From the NCBI GenBank assembly GCA_964551925.1, contig CAZKFA010000001.1:16281-80280 (forward strand): 64,000 nucleotides of DNA, written 5' to 3'. Source of the stretch: an uncultured Gammaproteobacteria bacterium (GTDB taxonomy: Bacteria; Cyanobacteriota; Vampirovibrionia; LMEP-6097). The notes beneath the pieces are model-generated. The model was not told where the DNA came from and did no database searches. It saw only the letters and a program-made list of their open reading frames with translations. How positions within the stretch are numbered: the stretch's first letter is position 1; the number at the start of each line of letters is the position of its first letter. Positions 39,664 through 48,441 of this stretch are shown here, piece after piece. The position numbers were made by a program, and so were the translations under genes.

Positions 39664-40960
39664 TTAAAAGCTCTTGATGTATAGCTTGCTCTGCTTTTGA
39701 ATCGACTGGTTGATTTATATATTTAGCATCAGCCTCATCAATAACTGTTCTGCCCATACTGTTGTCTAGAACTGCTCTTGGGCTATTTATGACTTTGGCT
39801 GTTGTACTGTCTCTTAGATTTGTCTCTGGGCTGTTATGAATTTCAAACCTAGAACAGTATTGAGTCTGAGCTTTATTACTATCTTTAATTAGAACATCAT
39901 CGCATTGATCAACAGTGACATTTGAGCTTCTCTGGATTGTAGGCTTTACACTAATTTGGATATTTACGTTAGGGCTCTCTTGAATTGTTGCTTCTGGTGC
40001 TCCTGAGATGTTAGCTTGCTGTTCTAGAGTCTCTAAGATGGTTCTTGCAAAGACTTCATTTTGTGCTTCGCTCATGGCTTCAAAATTACCATCTTCAGCA
40101 ACGATCTTTACTGACTCTTGTTTGTATTGATTATTGATTTCTGCTCCTAAAGTATTATTGTCTTGAGGGCTGTTTCTGATTGTTGATAAAGGTGAATGTA
40201 AAATTCCATTACCACCGCTATTGTCTGTGAGTATTTTATAACTATAAGCTGCAGCTAATCCTGGAGAAGTTAGTATATTACCGTTGTTAATCTCATAACC
40301 AACTGAATTGGGGCTGTAATGTACACTGGTATTAGAAGATTGACTGTAATGAGCATTCTCACTATCATTCATCTTCAAGTATTCACACGCATATACTCGT
40401 CCATTTCTAGAATTAAGCATTTCTACTTTATCAGAATCCAAAACTTGGCCACCGTCACTGTTCTCCACATGTAGCCAATGACTAAACCAACCAAAAAATT
40501 CTGGACTATTTTTGATAACTCCAAATTCACATTCATGTAACTCTGTTGCTGGGCTATTGATAACGCTGGTATTGTTACAAACCTCACCAAGAATAGTGTT
40601 TGGACTGTTTATGACTATAGTGTTGTTTGATTGAACTCTAGTGCCATCACTGTTAATTAGAATATTGCCTTCGACAGCATCTGCCAGCATAGAACTAGCT
40701 TGTTGGATATCACTATCACTAATTAGACTAAGATCTTCTCCTGCTTTGAAAACAGCAGTGTGTCTTCCTTTAGCAGCATCCCAGAGCAAAGGAATGATTG
40801 CGCCAGCTTTATTGGTAGCAAGGTTGAATTTGCCTGTTGTTGGAATACTTATAGCTTGTCCGTCGCGGGTCGTGTAGCTAGACTGCGCATCTGGCACTAA
40901 AGATTGTCTAAGAACATCGATTTGTGCTTTTGAGATAGGACTATTAGTCGTGATTTTCAT
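39647..40960 (-). CDS. Hypothetical repeat protein with recurring 'I-x-NSP' motifs
   Basis: 437 aa; INSPNT, INSPAT, IKNSPEF, IRNSPQD, IHNSPET and VINSPRA spaced through the protein; no TM helix or signal peptide. Confidence 0.5.
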   Translation of the reverse strand: MKITTNSPISKAQIDVLRQSLVPDAQSSYTTRDGQAISIPTTGKFNLATNKAGAIIPLLWDAAKGRHTAVFKAGEDLSLISDSDIQQASSMLADAVEGNILINSDGTRVQSNNTIVINSPNTILGEVCNNTSVINSPATELHECEFGVIKNSPEFFGWFSHWLHVENSDGGQVLDSDKVEMLNSRNGRVYACEYLKMNDSENAHYSQSSNTSVHYSPNSVGYEINNGNILTSPGLAAAYSYKILTDNSGGNGILHSPLSTIRNSPQDNNTLGAEINNQYKQESVKIVAEDGNFEAMSEAQNEVFARTILETLEQQANISGAPEATIQESPNVNIQISVKPTIQRSSNVTVDQCDDVLIKDSNKAQTQYCSRFEIHNSPETNLRDSTTAKVINSPRAVLDNSMGRTVIDEADAKYINQPVDSKAEQAIHQELLTKALS

Positions 40961-41146
40961 GATTTATTGACTTATCTTACTATGTAAAAAGCGTAATGTC
41001 AATACGTTTGTATTTTTTGATAATTCTATTGATATTAACAAAATTTAATTCAAGTTCAGGGGTTTCAACCTAGTTTTCTTAAACGAATCTTAATTAAACC
41101 TGTCAATAAGGTGGGGGAGGGAATAGTTCAAGAGACTTAGGGAGGT

Positions 41147-41476
41147 TTGATGTACGAAAATGAATTTATAGTGTTAGATAAAGTAAAAGTGTCGGATTTA
41201 TTAAATAGATTCTTGGAAAATTGTCAGGAACTGTCAGAAAGAAGTACTGATGATTATACTTTATCCTATGTGGCAGACACGGTTGCAGCTATTTATTATT
41301 ACCGTGAGTACGATTCTTGTGAGAGTTTCTTGCAAGCTAATACTGATGCTATTGATGATGAGCGAGCAGAGTGGGTCAGGTATATGTGGCGTACCCTTAA
41401 CTCTATGGATGATGTGCAGAGAGCAGAAGTGGTAATAGAGTCATTGACTCAATTACCAGCTGTCTCAGGTATATAA
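41147..41476 (+). CDS. Hypothetical small acidic protein
   Basis: 109 aa; GGGAGG upstream; divergent from the NSP-repeat gene. Confidence 0.35.
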   Translation: MMYENEFIVLDKVKVSDLLNRFLENCQELSERSTDDYTLSYVADTVAAIYYYREYDSCESFLQANTDAIDDERAEWVRYMWRTLNSMDDVQRAEVVIESLTQLPAVSGI

Positions 41477-42507
41477 TGCTCTATTAAATTAAAGACTTTG
41501 TGTTTGAGTTCTTCAGCGCTGCTTGCTTCTGTATTGAAGCCAGCGGCTCTGGAGTGACCTCCACCATTGAGTTGTGTCGCAAAGCTAGAGCAATCGAAGA
41601 AGTCCACTGAACTGCGTAAGCTACCTTTGAAGTGTCCAGGTATTCTCGCTTCGCGTAGGTATAAGCAGAGATCTAAACCTTTAATGCGCATGATGTGGTC
41701 GACAATCTCGTCGGTATCTTCGTCTTTGGCACCGAGGCTTTGGAGATCTTCTTTGCTTGTATAAGTGTAAGCAATTTTAATTTGTTGCTTACCATATTTA
41801 AGTTCACTAATAGTTAGGCGACTTAATGCCGTGCCAATGATTTTGATAGCACGGAAGGGTATTTGGTTGAATAATTGGTTGTGTAGGTTGCTTGGATTGG
41901 CTCCGAGCAATGTTAATTCCTGAGCCCATTTGAAGACGTTGGCGTTGGTATTGCTGTGGCGAAAACCACCAGTATCTGTGAGTAAGGTTATATAGTACAA
42001 GCTTGCTAAGTCAGCATCTGTCGTGATTTGTTTTGGTAGCATCTCTGCTAAGCAATTTACGACTTGTCCAGTGCAAGTAGCATCGGGATCAACGAAGTTA
42101 AGGTCGCCATAAAGTGGATTAGAAAGATGATGATCTATATTGCATTTGGTCTTGGCGCGTTTCCAGATATCCCCAGCACTAGCTAATCGAGCGATAGAGC
42201 CGCAATCACAGCTAAAACTTATATCATAACTTTCTAGTAAACCAGACGGGTTTTGTGATGAGATAACCTTTTCTTGGTCTGGAAAGAATTTGTAAATTTC
42301 TGGAACGGTGTCATGCATGACTCTGTCTACACGCCGGATACCTGCTTGCTCTAGTACTTTTGCTAGAGCTAACATTGAAGCTAAGGTATCACCATCTGGG
42401 TTGACGTGAGCAAGAACGACAGCGGATTGAGCCGTCATAATCTTCTCAACCATGATTTTGCTCTGAATAGTACTTTGGGATTGAATTAATTCTTTGCTTA
42501 GAACCAT
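41449..42507 (-). CDS. nrnA: DHH/DHHA1 phosphoesterase (NrnA-like oligoribonuclease / pAp phosphatase)
   Basis: 'LAHVNPDGDTLASMLAL' DHH motif, C-terminal 'GGGHSRAAG' DHHA1. Confidence 0.75.
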   Translation of the reverse strand: MVLSKELIQSQSTIQSKIMVEKIMTAQSAVVLAHVNPDGDTLASMLALAKVLEQAGIRRVDRVMHDTVPEIYKFFPDQEKVISSQNPSGLLESYDISFSCDCGSIARLASAGDIWKRAKTKCNIDHHLSNPLYGDLNFVDPDATCTGQVVNCLAEMLPKQITTDADLASLYYITLLTDTGGFRHSNTNANVFKWAQELTLLGANPSNLHNQLFNQIPFRAIKIIGTALSRLTISELKYGKQQIKIAYTYTSKEDLQSLGAKDEDTDEIVDHIMRIKGLDLCLYLREARIPGHFKGSLRSSVDFFDCSSFATQLNGGGHSRAAGFNTEASSAEELKHKVFNLIEHYIPETAGN

Positions 42508-42525
42508 TGTTTTAATTTTAGCATT

Positions 42526-42580
42526 AGACTTGTCCCCAAATGGCTTATAACGCAGTTATAAGCCATTTGGGGACAAGTCT
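42526..42580. promoter_or_regulatory. Perfect 26-bp-stem hairpin (AGACTTGTCCCCAAATGGCTTATAAC-gca-GTTATAAGCCATTTGGGGACAAGTCT) in the divergent nrnA/mazG intergenic region
   Basis: Read directly; no mismatches in 26 bp; a second small palindrome agaattattct follows at 42583-42593. Confidence 0.8.
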
Positions 42581-42630
42581 TTAGAATTATTCTGAAAGCT
42601 ACTAATATCTAACGGTTATAATATAAATCA

Positions 42631-43464
42631 ATGAGCGAAGCCTTCGATAAATTAAACGAAACTATAGCTGCGATCCGTGATCCGCAGACTGGTTGTGTTT
42701 GGAATCTTAAACAAGATCATAGTAGCCTTAAACGTTATTTACTTGAAGAATTATATGAAGTGCTCGAAGCGATAGATTCTTTAGATGCGACTACTGAGAG
42801 TTACTCTAACTTAGAAGAAGAGCTTGGTGATTTGCTTTTGCAAATAATCCTTCATTCTAAATTAGCTTCAGAGAAAGGATATTTTGATCTTGATGATGTC
42901 GCTCATAGATTGAACGAGAAGATGATCAAGCGTCATCCTCATGTCTTTGGTAAGGATAAGGCTGTAACTACTCAGGATGTCGATAAACATTGGGATAGAG
43001 AGAAGTCTAAAGAGAAATCAAGCCGTGAGTCTATCTTTGAAGGTATTCCGCGTGAGATGCCAGCACTCGCTCGTGCTTGGAAGATCTCTAAGAAAGCTGT
43101 TAAAGAAAGTTTTGAATGGGATGAAGAATATAAATTATTTGATCAATTGAAATCAGAACTTGCTGAGTTAGATGAAGTGGTAACTCAGGCAAGAGCCGCT
43201 GGTAATGATCCTTACAAAGATGGTTTTCTTGATGAGGCGCAGAGGCAGGCTGCTGAGCTTGAGCTTGGTGATATTTTATTTACTGTAGTCAACATTGCTC
43301 GTTGGTACAAGATTGACCCAGAGGATGCTTTGAGGCAAACTAACAATAAATTTGTGAAGCGTTTTGATGTGATGCAAAAACTTGCCAAGAAAAAGTTAAG
43401 TGAATATTCAATCGCTGAGTTAGAGGCTCTTTGGCAAGAGGCAAAGTGCAATATGCTAAAATAG
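42631..43464 (+). CDS. mazG: Nucleoside triphosphate pyrophosphohydrolase MazG (tandem MazG domains)
   Basis: 'EELYEVLEAID...EEELGDLLLQI' and a second 'ELGDILFTVVNIARW' EExxE motif. Confidence 0.85.
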   Translation: MSEAFDKLNETIAAIRDPQTGCVWNLKQDHSSLKRYLLEELYEVLEAIDSLDATTESYSNLEEELGDLLLQIILHSKLASEKGYFDLDDVAHRLNEKMIKRHPHVFGKDKAVTTQDVDKHWDREKSKEKSSRESIFEGIPREMPALARAWKISKKAVKESFEWDEEYKLFDQLKSELAELDEVVTQARAAGNDPYKDGFLDEAQRQAAELELGDILFTVVNIARWYKIDPEDALRQTNNKFVKRFDVMQKLAKKKLSEYSIAELEALWQEAKCNMLK

Positions 43465-43468
43465 TTAT

Positions 43469-44365
43469 ATGGCAAGCCATTTCCTTAGTATTCATGATGT
43501 TAGTAAGCAAGAGCTTACAGATTTACTTAGCTCAGCAGAAACCCTAAAAGCCGAACTTAAACAAGGTAAGGATCAAACGCATTTATTGAGAAACAAAAAT
43601 CTCGGTATGATTTTTGAGAAGCCGAGTCTTAGAACTCGTATTAGTTTTGAGGTTGGTATGTATCAACTCGGCGGACACGTGGTTGTGCTGGATGGTAATG
43701 AGATTAAAGTTGGTTCGCGTGAGACGCGCGCTGATGTCTCTCGAGTAATGTCACGCTACCTTGATGGTATCATGATAAGAACCTTTGGGCATGCGGGTTT
43801 GGAAGAGACAGCTAAATACTCATCAATTCCTATTATTAACGGTTTAAGTGATAGAGAGCATCCTTGTCAAACGCTTGCTGATCTACTTACTATAAAAGAA
43901 GCTTTTGGTAAATTAGAAGGACTCAAAATTGCTTATATTGGTGATGGTAATAACACTGTAAGAAGTTTAATGCTTGCTTGTACTAAACTTGGCATTCACA
44001 TACATGTCGCTTGTCCATTGGGTTATGAGCCTGGTGCTGAATATGATTCGGAATTCACCACTGTCTCTCATGGTGTCGGTGAAGCCGCGCAAGACGCGGA
44101 TGTCATCTACACTGATGTCTGGTCAAGTATGGGACAAGAAAAAGAAGCACAGCAGAGAAGAGAAGCTTTTGCTGGTTATCAAGTGAATAAAGCACTATTA
44201 GAAGAATATCCTAAGAAGCATGCGATAGTCTTACACTGTCTACCAGCACATCGTGGTGAAGAAATCACTGCTGAAGCTTTAGAGAGCCATGAAGAGACTA
44301 TTTTGCGTCAAGCCGAGAATCGCCTGCATACTCAGAAGGCTGTATTGCTTAAATTGCTTAGTTAG
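43469..44365 (+). CDS. argF: Ornithine carbamoyltransferase
   Basis: 'STRTRISFE' carbamoyl-phosphate motif, 'HCLPAHRGEE' ornithine-binding motif; 298 aa. Confidence 0.85.
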   Translation: MASHFLSIHDVSKQELTDLLSSAETLKAELKQGKDQTHLLRNKNLGMIFEKPSLRTRISFEVGMYQLGGHVVVLDGNEIKVGSRETRADVSRVMSRYLDGIMIRTFGHAGLEETAKYSSIPIINGLSDREHPCQTLADLLTIKEAFGKLEGLKIAYIGDGNNTVRSLMLACTKLGIHIHVACPLGYEPGAEYDSEFTTVSHGVGEAAQDADVIYTDVWSSMGQEKEAQQRREAFAGYQVNKALLEEYPKKHAIVLHCLPAHRGEEITAEALESHEETILRQAENRLHTQKAVLLKLLS

Positions 44366-45143
44366 TAGAGCTTGCTTTAAGAGCTGCGAGTTTTGCCATT
44401 TCTTGAGCATCTTCGTCGCGCAGTTCTTGGAAACATTCAATTGCAATTGGGAAGCGATTCTTCACCAACTCTAAAGAAGCGTGAGCGTACTGTTGTATCT
44501 CCCACTGAGCTTCTTTTGGAGCGCGTAACATATACCAGTGCATAAAATTACGCAAATTGACTGTCGCGATAAATTCAGTATGTGAGCCGACCGGAAGCAC
44601 TCCTCGAGCCTGTTCGCGGCAGACTCCGAGTTCTAATAATTCGTTATATGCTGTGATGGTTGCTTGAGCGGCACGATCATAAATCTCTGCTGCTTTAGCT
44701 TGATTAATGCTGACTGCTTCAACACTTGCTTGTTTGTTTTGCTGCGCTTGTTCACGAAACTCAGTCGGTTGATAAATAGTATTAGTGAACACTGTATAAC
44801 GTGCAGAGATCTCGTTGAATACCCAGCATCTGTGCTTCATCCATTGGCGAGCGATATAGATTGGACACTTTACTCTAAACTTAAGTGAGTTCTGTTCAAA
44901 TGGAGTCCAGTGTTTGTGTTTCGCCAAAAACTTGATTAGCTTCTTGTCGCGATCGGTTAGTTCTGTCGATTCGGAATTGTAAGAAACTCGAGCCGCATTA
45001 ACTATCGATAAATCATCACCCATGCTGTCTATAAGTTCCATATAGCCAAGCACGCCAAGATCCGCAAATAAAGGATTGTCTTTGTTTGCAGTAACCTTAC
45101 CGTTACCGTCTTTGAGTTCTATGTCATCAGTTGTTTTAGCCAT
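44358..45143 (-). CDS. thyX: FAD-dependent thymidylate synthase
   Basis: 261 aa; ThyX fold with 'RHRCW..' region and 'NLRNFMHWYMLR' conserved block. Confidence 0.8.
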   Translation of the reverse strand: MAKTTDDIELKDGNGKVTANKDNPLFADLGVLGYMELIDSMGDDLSIVNAARVSYNSESTELTDRDKKLIKFLAKHKHWTPFEQNSLKFRVKCPIYIARQWMKHRCWVFNEISARYTVFTNTIYQPTEFREQAQQNKQASVEAVSINQAKAAEIYDRAAQATITAYNELLELGVCREQARGVLPVGSHTEFIATVNLRNFMHWYMLRAPKEAQWEIQQYAHASLELVKNRFPIAIECFQELRDEDAQEMAKLAALKASSTN

Positions 45144-45178
45144 TGATATTATTTTAGCATTATGGTGCTAGGGTTTAT

Positions 45179-45191
45179 TATACACTGTATA
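45179..45191. repeat. Iterated palindrome core TATACACTGTATA upstream of thyX
   Basis: Read directly. Confidence 0.7.
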
Positions 45192-45280
45192 GTGAGGAAT
45201 TCTGAGGTGTACGTAAATTCACTAGACTTGCTTTAGGAGCTGTAATTTGGTGTTAAAATTTAGGTATACGGGGGTATAAT

Positions 45281-45682
45281 ATGATTGGAGAGGATGAAGT
45301 GATCTTCGATACTTATAAGCAAGTTAAGAAGCTTATGGCTGCTGGTGTTCCAGAGCCTCAAGCTGAAGCTCAAGTAGAAATTTTTATTCAATTTATAGAC
45401 GGCAATTTGGCAACAAAAGTGAGTCTAGCTCAAGTTGCTGCTGATTTGAAGCGAGATATGAAGGAGCTTGAGGCTGGTTTGAAGCGAGATATGAAGGAGC
45501 TTGAGGCTGGTTTGAAGCGAGATATAAAAGAACTTGAAACCAATCTCAAGCACGATATCAAAGACTTAGATCTCAAAATAGAAAGTTTACGAATTAATCT
45601 AAGCAAAGAGATCACTATTAAGATGGGTGTGATGGCAGCGATCACTATTTCGGTGCTAGCGACTTTAATTAAACTTGGCTAG
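45281..45682 (+). CDS. DUF1640-family coiled-coil protein with C-terminal TM anchor; contains 33-bp tandem DNA repeats (45448-45546) encoding LKRDMKELEAG x3
   Basis: 'FDTYKQVKKLMAAGVPEPQAEAQVE...NLATK' matches the DUF1640 N-terminal signature; C-terminus 'MGVMAAITISVLATLIKLG'. Confidence 0.55.
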   Translation: MIGEDEVIFDTYKQVKKLMAAGVPEPQAEAQVEIFIQFIDGNLATKVSLAQVAADLKRDMKELEAGLKRDMKELEAGLKRDIKELETNLKHDIKDLDLKIESLRINLSKEITIKMGVMAAITISVLATLIKLG

Positions 45683-45686
45683 AATG

Positions 45687-45936
45687 GACTTGTTGCGAAA
45701 ATCGCCCATAGCTGCGTTGCGCTCGTCCTCAGAATTACGGGGGCTTCATTTAATATTGAAGCATTCAGTAAAATTGACCCCTGAACATTGACGGGTAGTC
45801 AACTCAGCTTCCTCGTCCTCGCAAGCCTTACGAGGGGATCGTTATCTACAATCTCGGCTAAGAATGGAAGCCCCCGGAGCATCAAGAATAATTGCTTTGC
45901 AATTATTCGCAGATAGAACGATTTTCGCAACAAGTC
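45687..45936. mobile_element. MITE-like 250-bp element bounded by perfect 18-bp terminal inverted repeats (GACTTGTTGCGAAAATCG ... CGATTTTCGCAACAAGTC), GC-richer than its flanks, with internal nested hairpins
   Basis: TIRs read directly; internal gggggcttc/gaagccccc and cctcg...cgagg stems; no ORF of its own. Confidence 0.45.
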
Positions 45937-45945
45937 TAATATAAG

Positions 45946-46113
45946 TTACTTAGCAAACTTATTAAACATGACCATTTTAGTACTTTCTTGATTAACTTGT
46001 TTCTCGGCTTCACGCAGTTCGTCGATTTCCGTTGCCATTGCTAGAAGCTGCTCATTGATTAGCTTTGGGTCTATTTGCCAAGATTTGGCGTCGATAAATT
46101 GTAAGTCTTTCAT
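45946..46113 (-). CDS. Small hypothetical protein (55 aa) translationally coupled (ATGA overlap) to the 3' end of the 627-aa gene
   Basis: AGGAG 7 nt upstream of the ATG; ATG overlaps the TGA of the upstream gene; 'MKDLQFIDAKSWQIDPKLINEQLLAMATEIDELREAEKQVNQESTKMVMFNKFAK'. Confidence 0.35.
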   Translation of the reverse strand: MKDLQFIDAKSWQIDPKLINEQLLAMATEIDELREAEKQVNQESTKMVMFNKFAK

Positions 46114-47993
46114 TGTTTGGCTCCTAAGTTTTGGAATAATTCTGTGATTGCATTTAAAATTCTCTCCAATATCGCAGTAAAATTAGCATCTTGAGATATG
46201 CTGCGCACTAGAGTTTGAGCTCGTGCTTGTTGGGCTTCTCTTGCTTCTTGTCTTTCAAGCTTACTAGCTTTGTTTGATACTGGTTGAGCAGAGATTTTCC
46301 AAGTAAAACGAGTAACTTCACTTGCTAAATTGCCTTCAATATTATCATTAGCAGCTTTAACTTGACGATCTATCCAAAGTACTCTATCAGCTACTTTATC
46401 AATTTCTGTCAAACGATTACCAGCACTGAATTGTGAATCAATGTGATTTAATCGGATCAATTCTACTGTTGGGTATCCACTAGTAAGATTTAATTCTTTA
46501 CACATAAAATCAATTGCAAGATTTTGGTAAGTTGAATTTTGAGTTTGTTTTGTTATTTTTTGATATAACCTTAAGACAGCTGCTGTCTTAAGATCATCAT
46601 TATCACTTGATAGTAATTCGATAATACTAGGATTAGCATCAATAACTCTACGCAGTAGATCCTGAGTGGGATTAGTGATTAGAGTTGTTGCATCAGCGTT
46701 TTTGATTGCTGTTAATTTACTTAGTAATTGAGTATAATTTGCTCCGTCAAAAAGATTTGTAGTACCTGTGTTTCTTCCAAGAATATCGTCAGATATATTT
46801 TTTAAATGGTTCAAGGTGTCACTTCTGATAACGTCAACCGTGCGAGAATTGATTGGATCATCAGGACATTGACTCTCATAAGAGCTAATAATTTGACTAT
46901 GATAATGATTTTTTAATCCTTCAATGTCGGTTTTAATTTGAGCTAGAACACCTTCTACAAGAGTCTTTTGACTAGATTCATCCATAAAACGATCGATTTG
47001 TTTAGTGAGTCTTGCTTGTGGATCAAGAATGGTCGGGTGCTTGAGTATAGCTAACATTAACTGTTGTTGCTCGTCCGCTTTTCTTGCTTGTTGCACATCA
47101 CCTTTTTGGAAGGCTGCAATCTTTTGTGTTTGAAGATGTTTATAAGCATCTAAGAAATCTTTTATAGCCTCATGTTTGTCGCCTGTTATAAATTTATCAA
47201 CGAATAAATCAAAAGTAAAAATTTGTTTATTAGGAACAATAACAACTTTTTTAAAAGTACGATCAATAACTTCCGCGCCAAGCTTGACTGATGGTGGTAC
47301 TGTAATGCCTCTTGCTATGCCGGTTTGTGCTATTAAGCGCTGAGCAGCAGCGGCTTGGAAAATAGCAGATCCGTTTCCTTCCGTTAATACTTTATTCTCT
47401 GCTTCTGATAATTTTGTACGTAATTCTTGTGTAGTTGCTTTATCAACTAAGACTAAACTATGCATGAAGGTCAATGCTAGTTCGCTATCACCAAGCATAT
47501 GGTGAGCTTCTTTGACATCAAAATCACCAAACTTTCTGAAAGGTTCTAGCGCACCGATATCTATTAATTTCTCTGGATCATTCGTTGCATTATAAGCTAC
47601 AATCGCATCAATTTTGGCAGGATCAAGCTTTGTTGTTTTTAAATATGCAGCAGTAGTTGCAATGGCAGCTTTTTTAATCTCTGGATCACCAGAGAGTAGT
47701 AATTCACGAAAAGCTTTAACGATGGTTTTGTCTTCTTTTGCTTTATCAGTAAGAAAAAATTTCTTATCACCTGTGGCAATTTGTTCTTGTAAAACTTTTA
47801 AAATTGGTAAAAGTGTCTCACTGTCTTGAGCGGTGGCAGCTTTAGCAAAACTTGTTTTCAGGCTATCAAGACTAAGAGTTGTAGCGCGATTAGTGCCTTT
47901 CCACCATGATTTTAATTGAGCTAATTTCCCTTGAGTTTGAATTGGACTTGGGGTGTCGCCAATTTTTGCTGGTGTAAATGCTGTAAGTGACAT
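46110..47993 (-). CDS. Large hypothetical protein (627 aa), no recognisable domain, no signal peptide or TM
   Basis: Long uninterrupted ORF with coding-like composition; orphan. Confidence 0.55.
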   Translation of the reverse strand: MSLTAFTPAKIGDTPSPIQTQGKLAQLKSWWKGTNRATTLSLDSLKTSFAKAATAQDSETLLPILKVLQEQIATGDKKFFLTDKAKEDKTIVKAFRELLLSGDPEIKKAAIATTAAYLKTTKLDPAKIDAIVAYNATNDPEKLIDIGALEPFRKFGDFDVKEAHHMLGDSELALTFMHSLVLVDKATTQELRTKLSEAENKVLTEGNGSAIFQAAAAQRLIAQTGIARGITVPPSVKLGAEVIDRTFKKVVIVPNKQIFTFDLFVDKFITGDKHEAIKDFLDAYKHLQTQKIAAFQKGDVQQARKADEQQQLMLAILKHPTILDPQARLTKQIDRFMDESSQKTLVEGVLAQIKTDIEGLKNHYHSQIISSYESQCPDDPINSRTVDVIRSDTLNHLKNISDDILGRNTGTTNLFDGANYTQLLSKLTAIKNADATTLITNPTQDLLRRVIDANPSIIELLSSDNDDLKTAAVLRLYQKITKQTQNSTYQNLAIDFMCKELNLTSGYPTVELIRLNHIDSQFSAGNRLTEIDKVADRVLWIDRQVKAANDNIEGNLASEVTRFTWKISAQPVSNKASKLERQEAREAQQARAQTLVRSISQDANFTAILERILNAITELFQNLGAKQ

Positions 47994-48029
47994 ACTAGTT
48001 ATATAAAGCTATGAGTTATTGGTTTTTGA

Positions 48030-48050
48030 TATTTACTATACAGTGTATAA
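48030..48050. repeat. Iterated palindrome copy TTTACTATACAGTGTATAATGA; its right arm forms an extended -10-like TGTATAAT
   Basis: Read directly; lies in the divergent promoter region between the 627-aa gene and the small membrane-protein gene. Confidence 0.7.
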
Positions 48051-48096
48051 TGAATGAAAATACCTAAGATTATTGTGCTCTTAGAGAGAAGGTTTA

Positions 48097-48117
48097 CTTA
48101 CTATACACCGTATAATA
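48097..48117. repeat. Iterated palindrome copy (variant core TATACACCGTATA); the reverse complement of its central 19-mer is identical to the copy at 56834-56852
   Basis: Read directly; TATAAT-like right arm. Confidence 0.65.
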
Positions 48118-48192
48118 AGATATCGTAAATTTTTAATATCAGTTACCATTTGACCCTCTTGATTATAGTTAGCAAATAGTACAATCCCTTCT

Positions 48193-48441
48193 GTGAGCTT
48201 ACCAAGAGCAAATTATCAAAAAATGAGAGCTGAGATATATAAGGTTATAGGCTTTGGACTCTGGACTCCATTCGGTTCAATGATGGTAAATCTGGTTATT
48301 AGTCAGCCCAGTAATTTTGACATCAAATTTTTTGTGTATCTATTAGCAGCATCAATTTTACTCCCGCTTGGCGGACGTTTTCTTGACATTGCGGTAACAA
48401 TAATATACGATACGGATGAGGAGAGATCAGATGCAAGTTGA
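48193..48441 (+). CDS. Small membrane protein (2 TM), paralog of 57259-57501
   Basis: GTG start (or ATG at 48223); '...AEIYKVIGFGLWTPFGSMMVNLV' vs paralog 'AEVLKTIGFILATPFGINALNLL'. Confidence 0.5.
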   Translation: MSLPRANYQKMRAEIYKVIGFGLWTPFGSMMVNLVISQPSNFDIKFFVYLLAASILLPLGGRFLDIAVTIIYDTDEERSDAS

